The notes below the pieces were generated by a model. The model was not told where the DNA came from and did no database searches. It was given only the letters and a program-made list of their open reading frames with translations. A stretch of 64,000 nucleotides of DNA. It comes from Leidyana gryllorum EB-2025a (lineage: Eukaryota > Protista > Apicomplexa). The position numbers and the translations under genes were made by a program. The stretch lies in NCBI GenBank assembly GCA_048772705.1, contig JBLWGC010000230.1:1426001-1490000 (forward strand). Direction: 5' to 3'. Every line of letters begins with the position of its first letter. Positions within the stretch are counted from its first letter, which is position 1. Below, piece after piece: positions 1 to 12,592 of this stretch.

Positions 1-1559
1 GCAGCGACACTTACGACGAGGCGTTCTCGAGGCCGAAGAGAAGGCGAAACAGGAAGCAGAGGACGCCAAGAGGATCAAAGAAGAAGCGGAACTCAAGGCT
101 CGCGAGGAGGCCAAGAAGAAGGCGGAAGAGGAGGAGGCCAAGAAGAAGGCGGAAGAGGAAGAGGCCAAACGCAAGGAAGCGGAGGAAGCTGAGGCTAAGA
201 AAAAGGCAGAGGCCGCTCCAGTGCCTCCTGAAACCTCTCCTTCCATTCCCGTGACAGCAGCGAAGCCTTCAACCGAAGACAACGCTCCGGCTCCTGCTCC
301 GGCTGCTGCTCCGGCTCCTGCTCCCGCTCCCGCTCCCGTCGCATCACCAGTGGCCGCAGCACCCAAAACTCCTACCGCAGTCGAGTTGGCAGCCCGATCG
401 AGGCCACAATACTTGGTGGAGGGACTCATTCTAAGACGGTTCGTCTTAGACTTCGCGGACTCGCAATGGTATAAGGATGTCACGAGCCCAACTGCGCCGC
501 CTGAGGTCATTGAGCTCAGACGCAAAATGAATATGTGTTGCAAATCCACAGTGAACCGAATCGGCAAAACCATACAAGGGCTGAAGAACGCGGCCCAAAA
601 GTTCACTGCTGATGTCATGCAACTCTCTGTTATACACCCTCCCAGCTTGGTTGAACAGGAAGCCAAGATACAGCAACTCATCGAGTTGGGCGGAAATCCT
701 TTGGTTACATTGAAGCGATGGACGCCCCTATCGATCTACGTGGCATACAACACCGTGGATTTGTTGTTGGACAACTTGAGCACCATAACACGGGGCCGTC
801 GCGAAGCAATCTGGCCATTGGCCTTCTTCATCCGAGCGTGAGTTCAAAGTGTGCCGTTAAAGTAGGGCTCATCCATCTCACCATCACAGGATCAATAAAG
901 CTATACCGGAGGGCTTTGACGTCATCTTTAGAGCCACGATGTATCGACGGACTCTATGGGCAATCCCATGGCCAGCTTCGGACAGTGAATTGTCAAGTGC
1001 GGTGTTCTGCTGTGAGAATGACGCTGAGATACGCTGCATCGCTCTGGCCTCTTTCTGCCGTCTATACGCAGCTATCTTGGCTGTCGAGTCCGGTAAGCAC
1101 CACTGATGTGTGCTCATATTGACACGTTCTGTAGGAGGGGAAGCGGCATGGCAGTTCATAGCCCGACTATTCAATGCTTTTGCCCGGCAACTTGGGAACC
1201 CGGCCACAGGATTTGTGCTCGCTGCTGTCCTAGAAACTACAGGATGGCATTTATCGTCGTGGAACCCTGACGCGTTATGCAAGGTGAGTTGGACAGCTGT
1301 ACACGCCTGTTTGATGTTCCTCAGCTATGCCGAACCCTCAAAGACGAATACTTCTCCCCTTTAAAGGAGCATGCCACCCGGTAAGTTGGAATGCAGATAC
1401 TTTTATATTGTTTCCAGTTCGGGTGCTTGGTCTGGTCGGCAGACCGGTTTGGATCTAACAAAATCATTTGTCGAAAGCCTGTTAGCAGCGAACGGCATGG
1501 TTAAAGACCCGCCCGCTGGATATCAGTTGAAACAAGCACAGGAGTCACTAATTGAATAA
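1..1559 (+). CDS. GLE1: GLE1-like mRNA export factor (5'-partial, multi-exon)
   Basis: KE-rich coiled coil, then spliced exons (introns 838-889, 1093-1134, 1284-1324, 1381-1417) giving AIWPLAFFI, RLYAAIL, AAWQFIARLFN, FVLAAVLETTGWHL and KDPPAG, matching GLE1 C-terminal domain motifs; stop TAA 1557-1559. Confidence 0.75.
105..338 (+). repeat. Coding low-complexity repeats (EAKKKAEEEE and PA repeats)
   Basis: ~30-nt gaggccaagaagaaggcggaagag repeats and gctcc(g/t/c) hexamer repeats inside the GLE1-like exon. Confidence 0.85.
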
Positions 1560-1595
1560 GGAAAACCCAGGAGTGCACGTGTGGCACCATCAGGT

Positions 1596-4358
1596 ATGAC
1601 GAGGTTCGGATGCCGTGGATGTCGCCGCGCGCCTCCTGAATCGCCCAAAGAGGTGAAGGAGGAGCCCCAGGTCCTCATAACACAGGTGGATGTGACCACC
1701 ACCCAGCCAGAAATAGCCAACAAAATAACTCGAGCGGAGGAATTCGTTCGTTTGCGCAACAGTCTGTCCGAAACTCAACAATACTATTCACCACTATCAT
1801 CTATCCCAAAGACCCAACAGTCATCAGACGGTCGGACCGTCCCAAGCCATGAAATCAACGAGGTGCTGGAACAGATTTCCGGTGACCTTGTTCAGCCGTC
1901 ACCCAACTCTGTGCCTCCGGTGGCCGCTAGCCGAGTTGTCGAGCAAGCACGCGCACTAGAAAAAGCTGAGCATGGTGAATCTCCAGCACCCACGACCCCA
2001 CGTCGTGTGTCGGGAGCCGAGGTTGCGGCAGGGGCAGGGGCAGCCAATCCAACTCCACCGCTCACGCCCGTGCCAGTAGTGACTCCTGCACCAGAAGATA
2101 TTGCACGCTCGTCGCAGCCCGATGTGCCGGGAAGTTTGTTACATAAGGAGGTTGGAGACCGAGGGTCGGACTTGGTAACTCCAGCCCCTTCATCCAGAGA
2201 GCAAGACATTGAGGAAGAAATCCCCATCCGGGCCCCCACTCCGAATGTTTATGAGGCTTCCCCTCGATTGCTACCAGCCCGTTCGGGTAGCCGGTCGACA
2301 GAACAAACTCAGGCGGCCCGACGCAAGGCTACCCGTCTCTTCGTGGAAGCTTGGGTGCGACTGCTGGAGATGTGTTATGACGATGTGTTGGAGTTGACGG
2401 ATGCTGAAGCACTGGTCCGTGCCCACATTCTGCATCGTTTGCTTGCCCAAGATGTTAAATGTACAGCCGAGCTTATGGAGACATTGGAAGAATCATCGAC
2501 GCCGACATCACGAGGGATGTTGGACATCTGGGCTCAACATCGGGTCGGATGCGAAAGCTCCATTCTGGGTTCCAATGGGCTGGACGACGCTACAGGTGCG
2601 TCACCTGAGCAAGAGGGTACCAGCATACCAATGGTGCTCTCCCTCTTTCCTCCTGAGATCCTCTCGGAAGTACCTGTCTTGACACTGTCGTTCAATGAAA
2701 GGTACTTGGAGGCCTTTGGAAGTGAGGAGAGAGCGGACCTGAGGAAACGAGTGGCCGTTCTGTCGGAAGAGATGTCGCAATCTTCCCGAATGAAAGAAGT
2801 GACAACTCGATGGTCGTATTTCTCACAATTGATGACAATCTTTGGCCTCAATGACAAATTCAACTTTGAAATTCACATGCATTCCCTTCTGACTCCGCAA
2901 ACGGCGGCGCGGTGGGTAGCTATAGTTAATGATGTGGCTACGGCGACCAACTCTTCCGAGACCACCAGCACTACGGGAGACCTCGTTCGCGTTCAGTCCA
3001 CAACCCGTATCCCCAGTGCAATGTCCTCTCCCTACACACAAAAGAGCGAGCCGGGCCGCGATGGCAGAGCGGCCACTGGGACTGCGACTCCTCCCCAAGG
3101 AGGCCTGACTTCAACTGCGGAGGATAACTTTGTCACACCAGCCGCTGAGCCCAGACGACGACGAAGCTCTATCCGACGGCAACTGTCGAAGATCAAGCGT
3201 TCCCGATTATTGAAATATCGGCGGTCCAAACATGCCAAACTTGACTATTTGGGAATCCATCACGAGACTACGGCTCCGGCTTCAGCATGGATTGAAGAGC
3301 AAAAGAAGGGCGTCATTATCGCTTATCGAATGATTGGTGATGGATTAGTTGCCTGCAAGGTTCGCTCACGCTTGTAAGACTCCCGTCTCCAGGATGTGCT
3401 TCTCACATTGGCTTCCTTGTCTCTATTTTAGAAAACTGCCGTTTGCGAATGCGATGGTTACCCTTGATGACTTTGATAGTTTCACGTCTTGGGTACCGTA
3501 CTGCATACGGGCCGACAAGATAGCGCAATTCTCGAACGCGTGTTATCTGTTGTCTTACATTGCTGATCTTCCATGGCCGATCCGCAAGGTGAGTGGTCTA
3601 AATGGCAAGAAGGGGTCCCATTTCAATCTCTCTTTATACAGCGTGAAACATTGGCGCTAGCTGGATGTGTAGAAGCGCTCGAGGAGACTGGCCAGATGGT
3701 CGTCTATGTGATGACTTTACCGCCAAAGGTGAGTAAATCTGTCACTATTAGTGATATATCAGCCTCCCCTCTCTGTTTCAGACTGAAGAAGTGATGGGAG
3801 TACAAATCCCACCGGAGAATCCAAAGATACCTCGGATTCAGAGTTACATTGGTTTCTTCGTACGACCGGTAAGCGCCACACCCATCCACGTCCGCACTCA
3901 ATGTTATGCACAGTTGGCTCCCAATGAGACAGCACTCGAAATCCGGGCCATAATGGATCCAGGGTCGAACTCTAAGATGCTGAGAACTATTATCCCGTGG
4001 ATGGTGAAGAATGTAAGTTGTTCACAGTCAATGGACTCCCAATTTGATCACTCGTTGTGTATCACAGACCGTGGTGGATTTCTTCACCAAAATAGTGAAC
4101 TTGGCTCATAAGATCGACATGGACGAGTTTCGAGCCAAGGGCCACCCACATCAAGACTTTTATGATTCAATGGAAGAACGCGTCAACCAATACTTGGAGG
4201 AGCGCGGGCCACTGGTCGAATCAAGCGAGGCTGTTGTCCAAGGCGAGCCTTCATCGGCGGACGACAACGCCCCCCCCACACATGGGCACAAGGGACCGCT
4301 CTTCGATGAGTCGGACAACCATTGGTATATCCGGATTCCATCCTTCAAGATGCAATGA
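1596..4358 (+). CDS. START-like lipid-binding domain protein with long disordered N-terminus (multi-exon)
   Basis: Long exon 1 from ATG 1596, intron 3374-3431 and several more short introns; C-terminal WIEEQKKGVIIAYR...FTSWVPYC...DLPWPIRK pattern typical of START/SRPBCC domains; stop 4356-4358. Confidence 0.6.
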
Positions 4359-4519
4359 TCGTATGGTCTCAAGCCGTCTGGTATTCTGCTGCCTCGTCTT
4401 CTGCTGACTGTTGCGATACCTCAACAGACATCTGTTTACTGCTGGAACTAAGGGCGTAGTGGACACCTCCTGCTTTTGTGACAACTCCTGTGGGCAAAAA
4501 ATAGGATAGATTTGATGGA

Positions 4520-5838
4520 TCACTTAACAACGAAGCGCGAACCTGGGGGGCGAGGCATCATTTCCAGGGCCCCTACGGTGCGCGGAGTGTCGGAACTGGT
4601 GCCTACTAGCGTCTTTATATCTTTGGTGAAAAGCCAAGCCACATCCAGCAGGAAGCAAATGGGTCGGGTCGAGCCAGACCTGGAGCAAAAGCGGGTCATC
4701 TTTAGGGAGACTTCAAACATCGGCAGGTAAATGCATGTTAGTTGGATACCGGCCGCCAGATAACCCACGATGGAAGACAAAAGTATGGCCTGAACGCGTC
4801 ACATACTCTACACACAGAATGGGGCAGTCTTCTTCTTACCGGATCTCTGACCAGAGCTCCATATGTGGTCCACAATGTGTTATTAAACTGCATTATCAGT
4901 AATGTTCGCAAATCAACTCCCGGCGGGCCACTATCCGCCACTGGTGTTGGTTTTGGAGCTGCCAAGGGTGTATCGGCCTGGGTGATCCTGCCGTTGAGTT
5001 CAGCATAGTATGACCGATAGCTTTTCAAATCTCTTCCAAAGGTGGAGAACGTGGCAGTATAGGGGAGGAAGTTACTCAGAGTGTATATAGGGCTGAGTAT
5101 CGAGTCTAAGGGAATCGAGGCGGCCACGAAAGTCAGCACTCCGACCGACAAGACCAAGCCAGCGAAGAAAAGCGGCCATTTAGCTCTCATGTTGGGATTC
5201 AGAGATCTTACAATTGGTATCTGATCGGCTGGCTGCAGAGAGTAGATACCCGCGAGGCTGGTACATTGTACCAACACACTGAAGAGAGAACTCAGAGAGA
5301 CACTTGCCAGATCCTTGCGGTATCCGTAAACCACACCAAGGATCGATCCAAAGAGGAAGGCACATATAAGACGCGTTTGGAGCCCGTGCTCGACCGGGAT
5401 GACGTCAGTGCTCAGCCCCGTGCTCGAAGCAACACCGCCTTCCAGTGTGTTTTGACGTTCGGGAGCTCCGTGCGCAACATGGCTCACAGAAGGGGCAACC
5501 TCCGACGGACTCTGTAGGTTAGCATGCGAGCTCGACGCGGGAGGGTTGCGGATGACAGCGATGACGGCCAACAGGGGACTGGTCATCGCCGCCATACTCG
5601 TCACGGGGGCCACGACGCTAATTATTGTGCGTGTTGTCTCGGGATCATAGATGGAAGGACTGCCGATTAACAGATGTTCCCCAACGCATATCGCGATGAG
5701 AAGTATTACTTCAAAGGCTATCCATCCGAGAGTCGCGTTAATAAGAAGGAGGAGGGAAGCAAAAGCCGATATTCTCTTACTCCACGGTGCTGTTGTTCCA
5801 GCCTCAGCGGTCGGGAATTGATGATGGTCGACGGCCAT
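4520..5838 (-). CDS. SWEET/MtN3-like multi-pass membrane transporter
   Basis: Several hydrophobic helices; NNTLWTTYGALVRDP / AILLSSIVG across intron 4790-4839 matches the MtN3 N..W..YG...D motif. Confidence 0.55.
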
Positions 5839-5857
5839 ATTTTTTCGACCAGTATAT

Positions 5858-7027
5858 ATGAGTGCCTTTGGCTTCAAATTAAGGGGAGCTGTGAGACTCA
5901 GGTCTTCGCCAGCTCTGAGCGTCAAGGCAGTCACCCCTCAAAACGGCGTTGTGGTGCTGGTGGATAGCGCCGTCCAATTCGTGTCTCTTGCTCGGAAGGC
6001 TAACCCCCAGGTGCTGTGCACTTACAATAACCCTCATGGCACCCAGCATCCCTTCCTTGACTTTGACATCTCATACAATGAAGCCGCTAGCACCTCTGAA
6101 GACACTTCGATTGTGGTTGCAGCGGTCAGTGACAACGGCATACTGCACATGATCAACTTCCAATGTTGCAAAGAGTCAGTTTCAGCCGAGCTGGTGGCCA
6201 CCGTCAATCTCCAGGGCGAGCCTCTATGCTGTCGATTATCGGGAGGGAATGTACTTTGCGCAGTTGGGAATCGGGTCGTGTGCGTTCGGCTCGGTGACAC
6301 TTCGCAGCACGCGCGAGGAAAGAAGAAATCCTCCTCAGGTCCGTTGCCCCTTAGCCCCGCCTTCGCATCAGAGCACCGGCTCCATGCGATCGAAGTCACA
6401 AGTTTGTGCCCCTTGTCTGAGCACCATCTAATCAGTGGTGATGAAGATGGATTTATTGTGATGGTGGATGTTCGAAAGATGCAATTCGGAGCCGCTGGTG
6501 ATGAGGATGAAGAGCTGATGTTGGGTGGCCATAAGGTGCTGGACGGTATTGCCGATATAACCCATATTCACGAAGATGTGCTGATGCTTAGGACATTGAC
6601 TGAAAAGTTCTCGGTTCTGAGACTGCCTTGTCTGGGAAATACGATGGACACCGAAGCAGTACTGGAATTGCTGCCGTTGAGTGACGCAATCAGAGTACAT
6701 CCTTATCTGTCAACCAACACGGAGTTCGGGCAGTGCACTCATGGCAAACTGGTATCATCACTTTTCGACTCAATCACACAAAGAGGGTTCATTTTGGCGA
6801 CGAGTTGCAATGGGAAGTTGGGATTGTTCCATTTGGGAGCCAATAAGAGCATAGAGTTAGCCGCAGCTTTCGAGTCGAACCACACCGACCTTGTTAGAGG
6901 TTCATGTTTCCTGAATGACGCTCTCGTCACCGTTGGAGACGACGGACAACTATGTCTTTGGTCTCAAGAGACTGGACTTGAGCAACAACGAGGAGTGCAT
7001 CAGGAGCGGAGAGCACATCCATATTAG
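5858..7027 (+). CDS. WD40-repeat protein
   Basis: Intronless 389 aa; HAIEVTSLC...LISGDEDGFI and HTDLVRG...LVTVGDDGQLCLW repeats. Confidence 0.8.
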   Translation: MSAFGFKLRGAVRLRSSPALSVKAVTPQNGVVVLVDSAVQFVSLARKANPQVLCTYNNPHGTQHPFLDFDISYNEAASTSEDTSIVVAAVSDNGILHMINFQCCKESVSAELVATVNLQGEPLCCRLSGGNVLCAVGNRVVCVRLGDTSQHARGKKKSSSGPLPLSPAFASEHRLHAIEVTSLCPLSEHHLISGDEDGFIVMVDVRKMQFGAAGDEDEELMLGGHKVLDGIADITHIHEDVLMLRTLTEKFSVLRLPCLGNTMDTEAVLELLPLSDAIRVHPYLSTNTEFGQCTHGKLVSSLFDSITQRGFILATSCNGKLGLFHLGANKSIELAAAFESNHTDLVRGSCFLNDALVTVGDDGQLCLWSQETGLEQQRGVHQERRAHPY

Positions 7028-7051
7028 TCTCAGCCCTTTTTTTGCCTCATA

Positions 7052-8621
7052 ATGGAATGGACCGTACAGCTAAATTTGAAACATTACTAAAAGAGGCCCG
7101 AACAGCTGTCAGTATTGGGGGTCCGAATCCCCCATTGGTACCAGCGAGTCCAACTCACGCAGTGGCTGATGACGCATCACGCGAGATTGTAAGTGTGTGA
7201 TCCACCTTCTCTAAACCTCAATTTCTAATCACAGGTCGTTCTCCTAACTTCGTGTTTGGAACGATTAGATCGGCTGACACCCCAATGTCTCCGAGATCCG
7301 TCGAATCCAACACTGCGTGGATGGGTATTGGGTCTATTGGACTGCTTCGGCATCCGACCTCAACTGCGACGTCCCACACTTCGCGAAAGTGGCGACGTTT
7401 TGGACCCGAGTGACGAGATATCCACTCTCAAATCCACTCTCAAGACAGCGCGAGACTGTATTGAGGCCCTCGAAGGCCAGTTCCGCTTGACACTTGGAGG
7501 AGCAAAGGGAGACAATCCCCGCGGATGGCTGCCATCTCTTGCGGCGTCAAAGAAAAGCACTTTGTTGGACCAAAGATTGGGAATCATCAATGTGCTTCTC
7601 AGCTTTCATAGAGACCTAATCGATGCACTGCAACGCTTTGAAGCTCGAACACTGAGTTGGGAAGTGTCCAGTCATGAGTGAGTTCGCACCGCCCCCGGAT
7701 TGTGCGAGACGGCACGTTTGCAGCATCTTTGACTCCAAACACGTGCAAGGCGGAGCTTTGCCCGTGGAGGATATGACAGTACTCCGCGAGAAAGTGGCAG
7801 ACACGTATTTGCGGCGGAAGGATTTGAGGGTAGCCAGCCTCCAAAGTGAATGGAAGCAGAGCCTCGGAGTCAATCGCTTCAATGAGGAAGTTCAAGATCT
7901 CATTCGATCAGCACTGAATGCCAAAACTGTAATACGCAAAGATCGAGGGGTCGACCCCGATGAAGATGAAGACGAGAAGGAAGAAATAGTAGCAGAGGAT
8001 GAACGCAAGACGAGGGATCCGGTCAAATCCGAGCCCAGCACATTGGCCAGCTCGAGCAAATCCTCCCGCCAGCTACACGTGCCCGGAGGCGGCGACGGCA
8101 TCCAGGCGGCTGAGACTCTGTGGGCTGGGAACAACAGCGGCCACAGGCAACCCTATGTTCCGCTCGCCGTTGATGTGATGCAGGTCCAAGAAGAAGCTCA
8201 GGATGAGGCCGAGGAAGTCGCTAGGTGAGTCTCGGACCACCCCCCGTTTACGCTTTATTGTGGATTTGCAGAGATATTGCGCAGAAGGTTGATAGAATCT
8301 CAGACTTGATGACGATGTTTGCCTCTAAAGTCTACGAGCAACAGGAATTAACTGGGAACAGTGAGTGCCGGGGGACGTTTGAAGGGGTAATATGGTGTGT
8401 GTAGTAATGCTGAACACCAGTTCGGCTGTTGATTCGGTACAGGCGGCTCAATTGGAGCTGCTTAAATCTTTGGCCAACAAGTGGACGTAAGTTTGAGGTT
8501 TCAGTATGTTTGTGACTGTTGTAACTCACACAGATATCGAAGCTATTTGTTCATATCTTATATAGCCATTGGAGTAATTCTACTCGCTCTGGAGCTTCTT
8601 ACATCGTGGAGACTAATCTGA
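7052..8621 (+). CDS. Syntaxin-18/Ufe1-like Qa-SNARE (multi-exon)
   Basis: Short introns (e.g. 7678-7723) join the ORFs; SNARE heptads DIAQKVDRISDLMTMFASKVYEQQE and a C-terminal TM tail YLFISYIAIGVILLALELL; stop TGA 8619-8621. Confidence 0.7.
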
Positions 8622-8627
8622 TTTCAA

Positions 8628-9419
8628 ATGTCGCTTAGACTTGAGCTTTTCCCCTCTTCAGCTGCCCCCAGCTGCTTCACTTTTGCTCCGATCGACGAGG
8701 AAGAGGAAGGAGAAGAACTGATCGTCACAAAAGTGGAGCCTGTTACCACCACGAGCTGTTCGGGCCGAACTCAGTCAACCAGCTCAAACTCAACGTCGGT
8801 CGTAGCTGCCGGTCAGTTGGCGACTTACGTCAATTCAGAAGAGAAACGAGTTGGCAAGCTAAAAGCGACACTTCACTTGGCTTCTCTATTGTGTCTAATA
8901 TTGTCGCCAGCTCGACATCTGCGTCTCGCATTCGCACGACTCCGAGCGTATTCCCACCTTGGTGACCCTCGACCAGCGTACCTCGCCGTGATAGAGCGCA
9001 CAAATCATCGAGCTTTGAAGACTATGGCGATTATGCGTTGGCATCGTCGTTTGGCCGATCTAACCATTACATCGCTGAACGACCGGCTGGGGGTGTCAGA
9101 AAGAGAAAAGAGCGAATGTCTCCTACGTTTGGACGCAGCAGAGGCTCGCATACGTTGTTTGACAGCTGAGGTACACCGCCTCCAAGAGGAAGCGGAAAAA
9201 ATCCGTGGTGATCGCCAAAAGGAGCAAGAGCAGCTATGGGAGCTATGGAGGAGCGAGTTGAAGGAGTCTCATCGGGATGTCAATGAGCTGTATAGTGCCC
9301 TCCAACCTGTTATCGCAGCAGTACAGAAATTAGAGCAAACTACGACTGAAAAAGCCCCCCTACTGGAGTTATCGGGAGGTCAATTTTTCCGTCGATTACA
9401 TCGCCAGTGGACCGCCTGA
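8628..9419 (+). CDS. Hypothetical coiled-coil protein
   Basis: 263-aa ATG ORF with a heptad-rich C-terminal half. Confidence 0.65.
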   Translation: MSLRLELFPSSAAPSCFTFAPIDEEEEGEELIVTKVEPVTTTSCSGRTQSTSSNSTSVVAAGQLATYVNSEEKRVGKLKATLHLASLLCLILSPARHLRLAFARLRAYSHLGDPRPAYLAVIERTNHRALKTMAIMRWHRRLADLTITSLNDRLGVSEREKSECLLRLDAAEARIRCLTAEVHRLQEEAEKIRGDRQKEQEQLWELWRSELKESHRDVNELYSALQPVIAAVQKLEQTTTEKAPLLELSGGQFFRRLHRQWTA

Positions 9420-9470
9420 TTCATCAATGTTTCTGATTCATATTTTTCGTCAATCGCTCGCCCGCCCAAC

Positions 9471-9944
9471 ATGGGGTTCTGTGACAGGATCTTCGCTTGT
9501 GGGATCGCCTATGTTCAGGCGGTTGTTGCATTTATCGTAATGGAGCGCTTAGCTCTCAGTGGCGACTTGTCCCCCCAACGCTGGCTGGACGTTATCGCTG
9601 CTTTCATTGGCGTCTGCTTTGCCCTCGTAGGGGCTCTGAGCATTATGTTCAGCTGGCATCAGTATCTGCAAGCGTACCAATGGGGTAATTGGACTGCGAC
9701 TGTCGCTTCTTCACTCATCGCTCTAATAGGTATACTTACCATCTGGGTCTACACGGGGGTCCGAGTGACCATGAACATGCCAGGACGTGACCTTCCTACT
9801 CGTCTACTGGCCTGGAACGCTATCGCTGCCGATATTTATCTTTTGTATAAAGTGTTGAGTCAAGCCGATAAAGTGCGGAAGGATATTGTCCAAAATACGA
9901 TCCTAGCAATGGGAAACCGCCTGGTGGCTGACGGTGATGTATGA
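9471..9944 (+). CDS. Small 4-TM membrane protein (probable divergent member of the adjacent cluster)
   Basis: 157 aa, about four hydrophobic segments, intronless, lacks GTGWE. Confidence 0.7.
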   Translation: MGFCDRIFACGIAYVQAVVAFIVMERLALSGDLSPQRWLDVIAAFIGVCFALVGALSIMFSWHQYLQAYQWGNWTATVASSLIALIGILTIWVYTGVRVTMNMPGRDLPTRLLAWNAIAADIYLLYKVLSQADKVRKDIVQNTILAMGNRLVADGDV

Positions 9945-10092
9945 GATCCACCCGAAAACCCACTTGAGAATCATTTGAGACTCCTACTCCTTCTCTCCTC
10001 CCCTGCGTCCCCCCTTCTCTCTCCCCCTCAATTCGTCTTTTGATTGTCGTCCACTTTCGTGCAATTGATCGGAGCCATCGACGACGCGATGC

Positions 10093-10128
10093 CAACAACA
10101 ACCGCAACCACAACAACAACAACCACCG
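10093..10128 (+). repeat. Imperfect (CAA)n microsatellite
   Basis: caacaacaaccgcaaccacaacaacaacaaccaccg. Confidence 0.7.
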
Positions 10129-10384
10129 CACTCATCTCACCACCATTGCGGTCGAATCTTTGAGTGATCCACCTTGCGTCTCATTGTTTGTGGGTGTTCG
10201 GGCGGCCAAGTAGATCAGCAGCGGCGGTGGCACGCTTGTCCGCACACGCGTGTTTGTGAGGGGCAGAAATGTGCGGGGAAAGAGATGAAGGTATCGGAAA
10301 ACTTCTAGGCGTTGATCTGTCGCTCCGAGCGCTTGTTGTGTTGGCGGGACTTTTTCTGGTGGCGGGAGACCGCAGGTCGGTGAA

Positions 10385-11129
10385 ATGAAGCTTTGGTACC
10401 AGAGTCGAGACACTTTGGGCACCATGATGTGGCTGCCACTAGCCACCTTTTTGTGCATTAGCACGAGCATTCAATTTGCTTACGAGATCTTCGCGGTGGC
10501 CAGAATATACTTGGAGGATCAATATTCGCCTGCCCGGCGGTATCTACTAACAGTGTTCCATGGGTGCCACCTATTTTGTTTAATCTGCGGGCTGATATGC
10601 CTTGCCCTCAGATCTGAGCGGGGAATGAGAGGGTACACAGGAGGTAAATGTCTGTATGATGACATTTGTGAGAAGTGTGGCAGGTTTGAAAACACTGCGG
10701 ATTCTGTATGTAGTTGAGTTGACACTGAATTTTTGTGTGACGATCATCTTGCTGAAGAGTCAAGGATTTGAAGCAGCTGGCTACTACCGCTATGCTTTAT
10801 GGGTTATTTACGTATTGATGATTACTCTGATTACGATGCACATCAGTGCGAGTTCAAGTCTTGCCCGGATCTACGCAGCTGGAGGAACGGGATGGGAGGG
10901 GAAAAGCTACGTGGAACTGGAATTATTGCCCTACAGGGGAGGTTCGAAATCTTCCGGCTCCGATCAGGAAAGGACAATGACAAATCTGCCCCAATCGATA
11001 CCTTACATAAAGAATCTTGATACCTGCTTGACGATTGACGAGGAGGACCCTAAAAACCACTCTGAGGATAGTGCCTTAAAGTCGGGACTTAAGTCAAAAA
11101 TCGTCGTTTTCCAGAGTGTTCCATTATGA
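10385..11129 (+). CDS. 4-TM membrane protein, GGTGWE family copy 1
   Basis: Intron 10644-10683 (40 nt, phase 1) joins two ORFs; four TM helices, then LARIYAAGGTGWEGKSY. Confidence 0.8.
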
Positions 11130-11700
11130 CACAGAAGGTTAAGGTCGACCAGCTCGGTGTCCAATGTTGTGAACAACTCTTGACTCGATTCGATGACTTG
11201 CGCACAATATTCGGGGAGATCTACGCGTTGTATTTGTTCCCCGAGCTCTTTGTCGTCCAGCCAATGTCATTGATCCACCTGCGACATGTTTCATGCTGAG
11301 TGTGTCAATCCATATATGTGAGAGTGAGATGGTGCCTGTATACAAGAGATGAGCCGAAAGTCTAGTTGTGGCTGCTTCCTAACCCGATACGACACTCGTA
11401 TTAGTACCAAAAACATCATAAATTGATTTGAATCGAGCATCGTCGTTAGTGAAGAGGGGTCACCGGGAGGCTCCAAACAAGGGAGCTGATCGCTGAATGT
11501 GAATGGTTGGATGGTCTGGAATCACCAAAAATGGCAATTGATAAGATGCACAAGTCCGTCACTATCAGTGAGGTGGGCGACCGGTGTCTACGACGATGTG
11601 TGTGTGTGCTTCTCTCAACGAACAGGACTTTCCGCGGCGGGTAACTACCGTATCGGCAGTGTTGGAATGTACATACAGTAATAATTTCAACAATGATGGA

Positions 11701-12313
11701 ATGATCAAAGACACATCATCGTACACGTCTACATTACATGACAATACTTCGCACGCAGTCTGCGGAATTTTCTCTCCAGCTTTGTTCACACTGCTTGGGG
11801 CCATTGGACAAGCCATGTGGCTTCTCTATATCTTGATTCGACGGGCCATGCTATCTGATTGGGGTGAAGTGGTATATGTAATGTTTCTTATCGGAGACGC
11901 CGTTCATCTCTTGATAAGCCTTTCGGGGATATGGGCAGTGATAATGAATAGAAAGCATCTACTCCGCTTCTATTGGCTCTGTGAGCGACCAATGCAAATT
12001 GTACATACATCTCACTGCAGCCCTACTAGCGATGCTCGGGTTGCAAATAGCGCTATGCGTATACGCATTAGTGAGCTTCATTCCTCCCTCTGATCACGAG
12101 GGCTTCTTGTACTGGCACGGGGTGGTCGCGTTTGTGGCCCAGGGTGTCTTTTTCGCGACATTCTACTGGCTACATACGGCGGCAGCAAACCTCGTCCAAT
12201 TGCGACTGGAGGGAAGAACCGGGTGGGAAGTTGGCCCGATCGAACGTGATACTGTATCTTCCTTGAAATACTCTCTACCGCGGCGGAGCCGCTCAGGCTT
12301 AGAACCTGTGTAA
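11701..12313 (+). CDS. 4-TM membrane protein, GGTGWE family copy 2
   Basis: Intron 11981-12020 (40 nt, phase 1); four TM helices, then LVQLRLEGRTGWE. Confidence 0.75.
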
Positions 12314-12423
12314 TGATTTGAGAACAGCGAGTGAGAGAGAGCAAAGACAGTGGGAGGAATGCACACAGGTATGATACCCCCTCACACACACTCACGCACA
12401 GCGCGAGGAATTGAGCGGGATCA

Positions 12424-12438
12424 AGAGAGAGAGAGAGA
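12424..12438 (+). repeat. (AG)n microsatellite
   Basis: agagagagagagaga. Confidence 0.8.
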
Positions 12439-12592
12439 TCGATCTCGTTGATTCGGCAAGTGGAGCCTACTGACTGACCAGGCTATTACCAGGTGCCCTC
12501 TTCACTCCCGAAGCACACTACCTTTTTTATATGTGGAACCATCTTCTAAATAGTAATGTGATCTACTTTGATATATGCGGATAGTACGATAA

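Noticed and set aside
7674-7723. Apparent frameshift between adjacent ORFs here and in other genes
   Set aside because: Explained by canonical short GT-AG introns
11126-11299. 57-aa ORF starting in an ATGA overlap with the upstream stop
   Set aside because: Short, no motif, and such overlaps arise readily by chance
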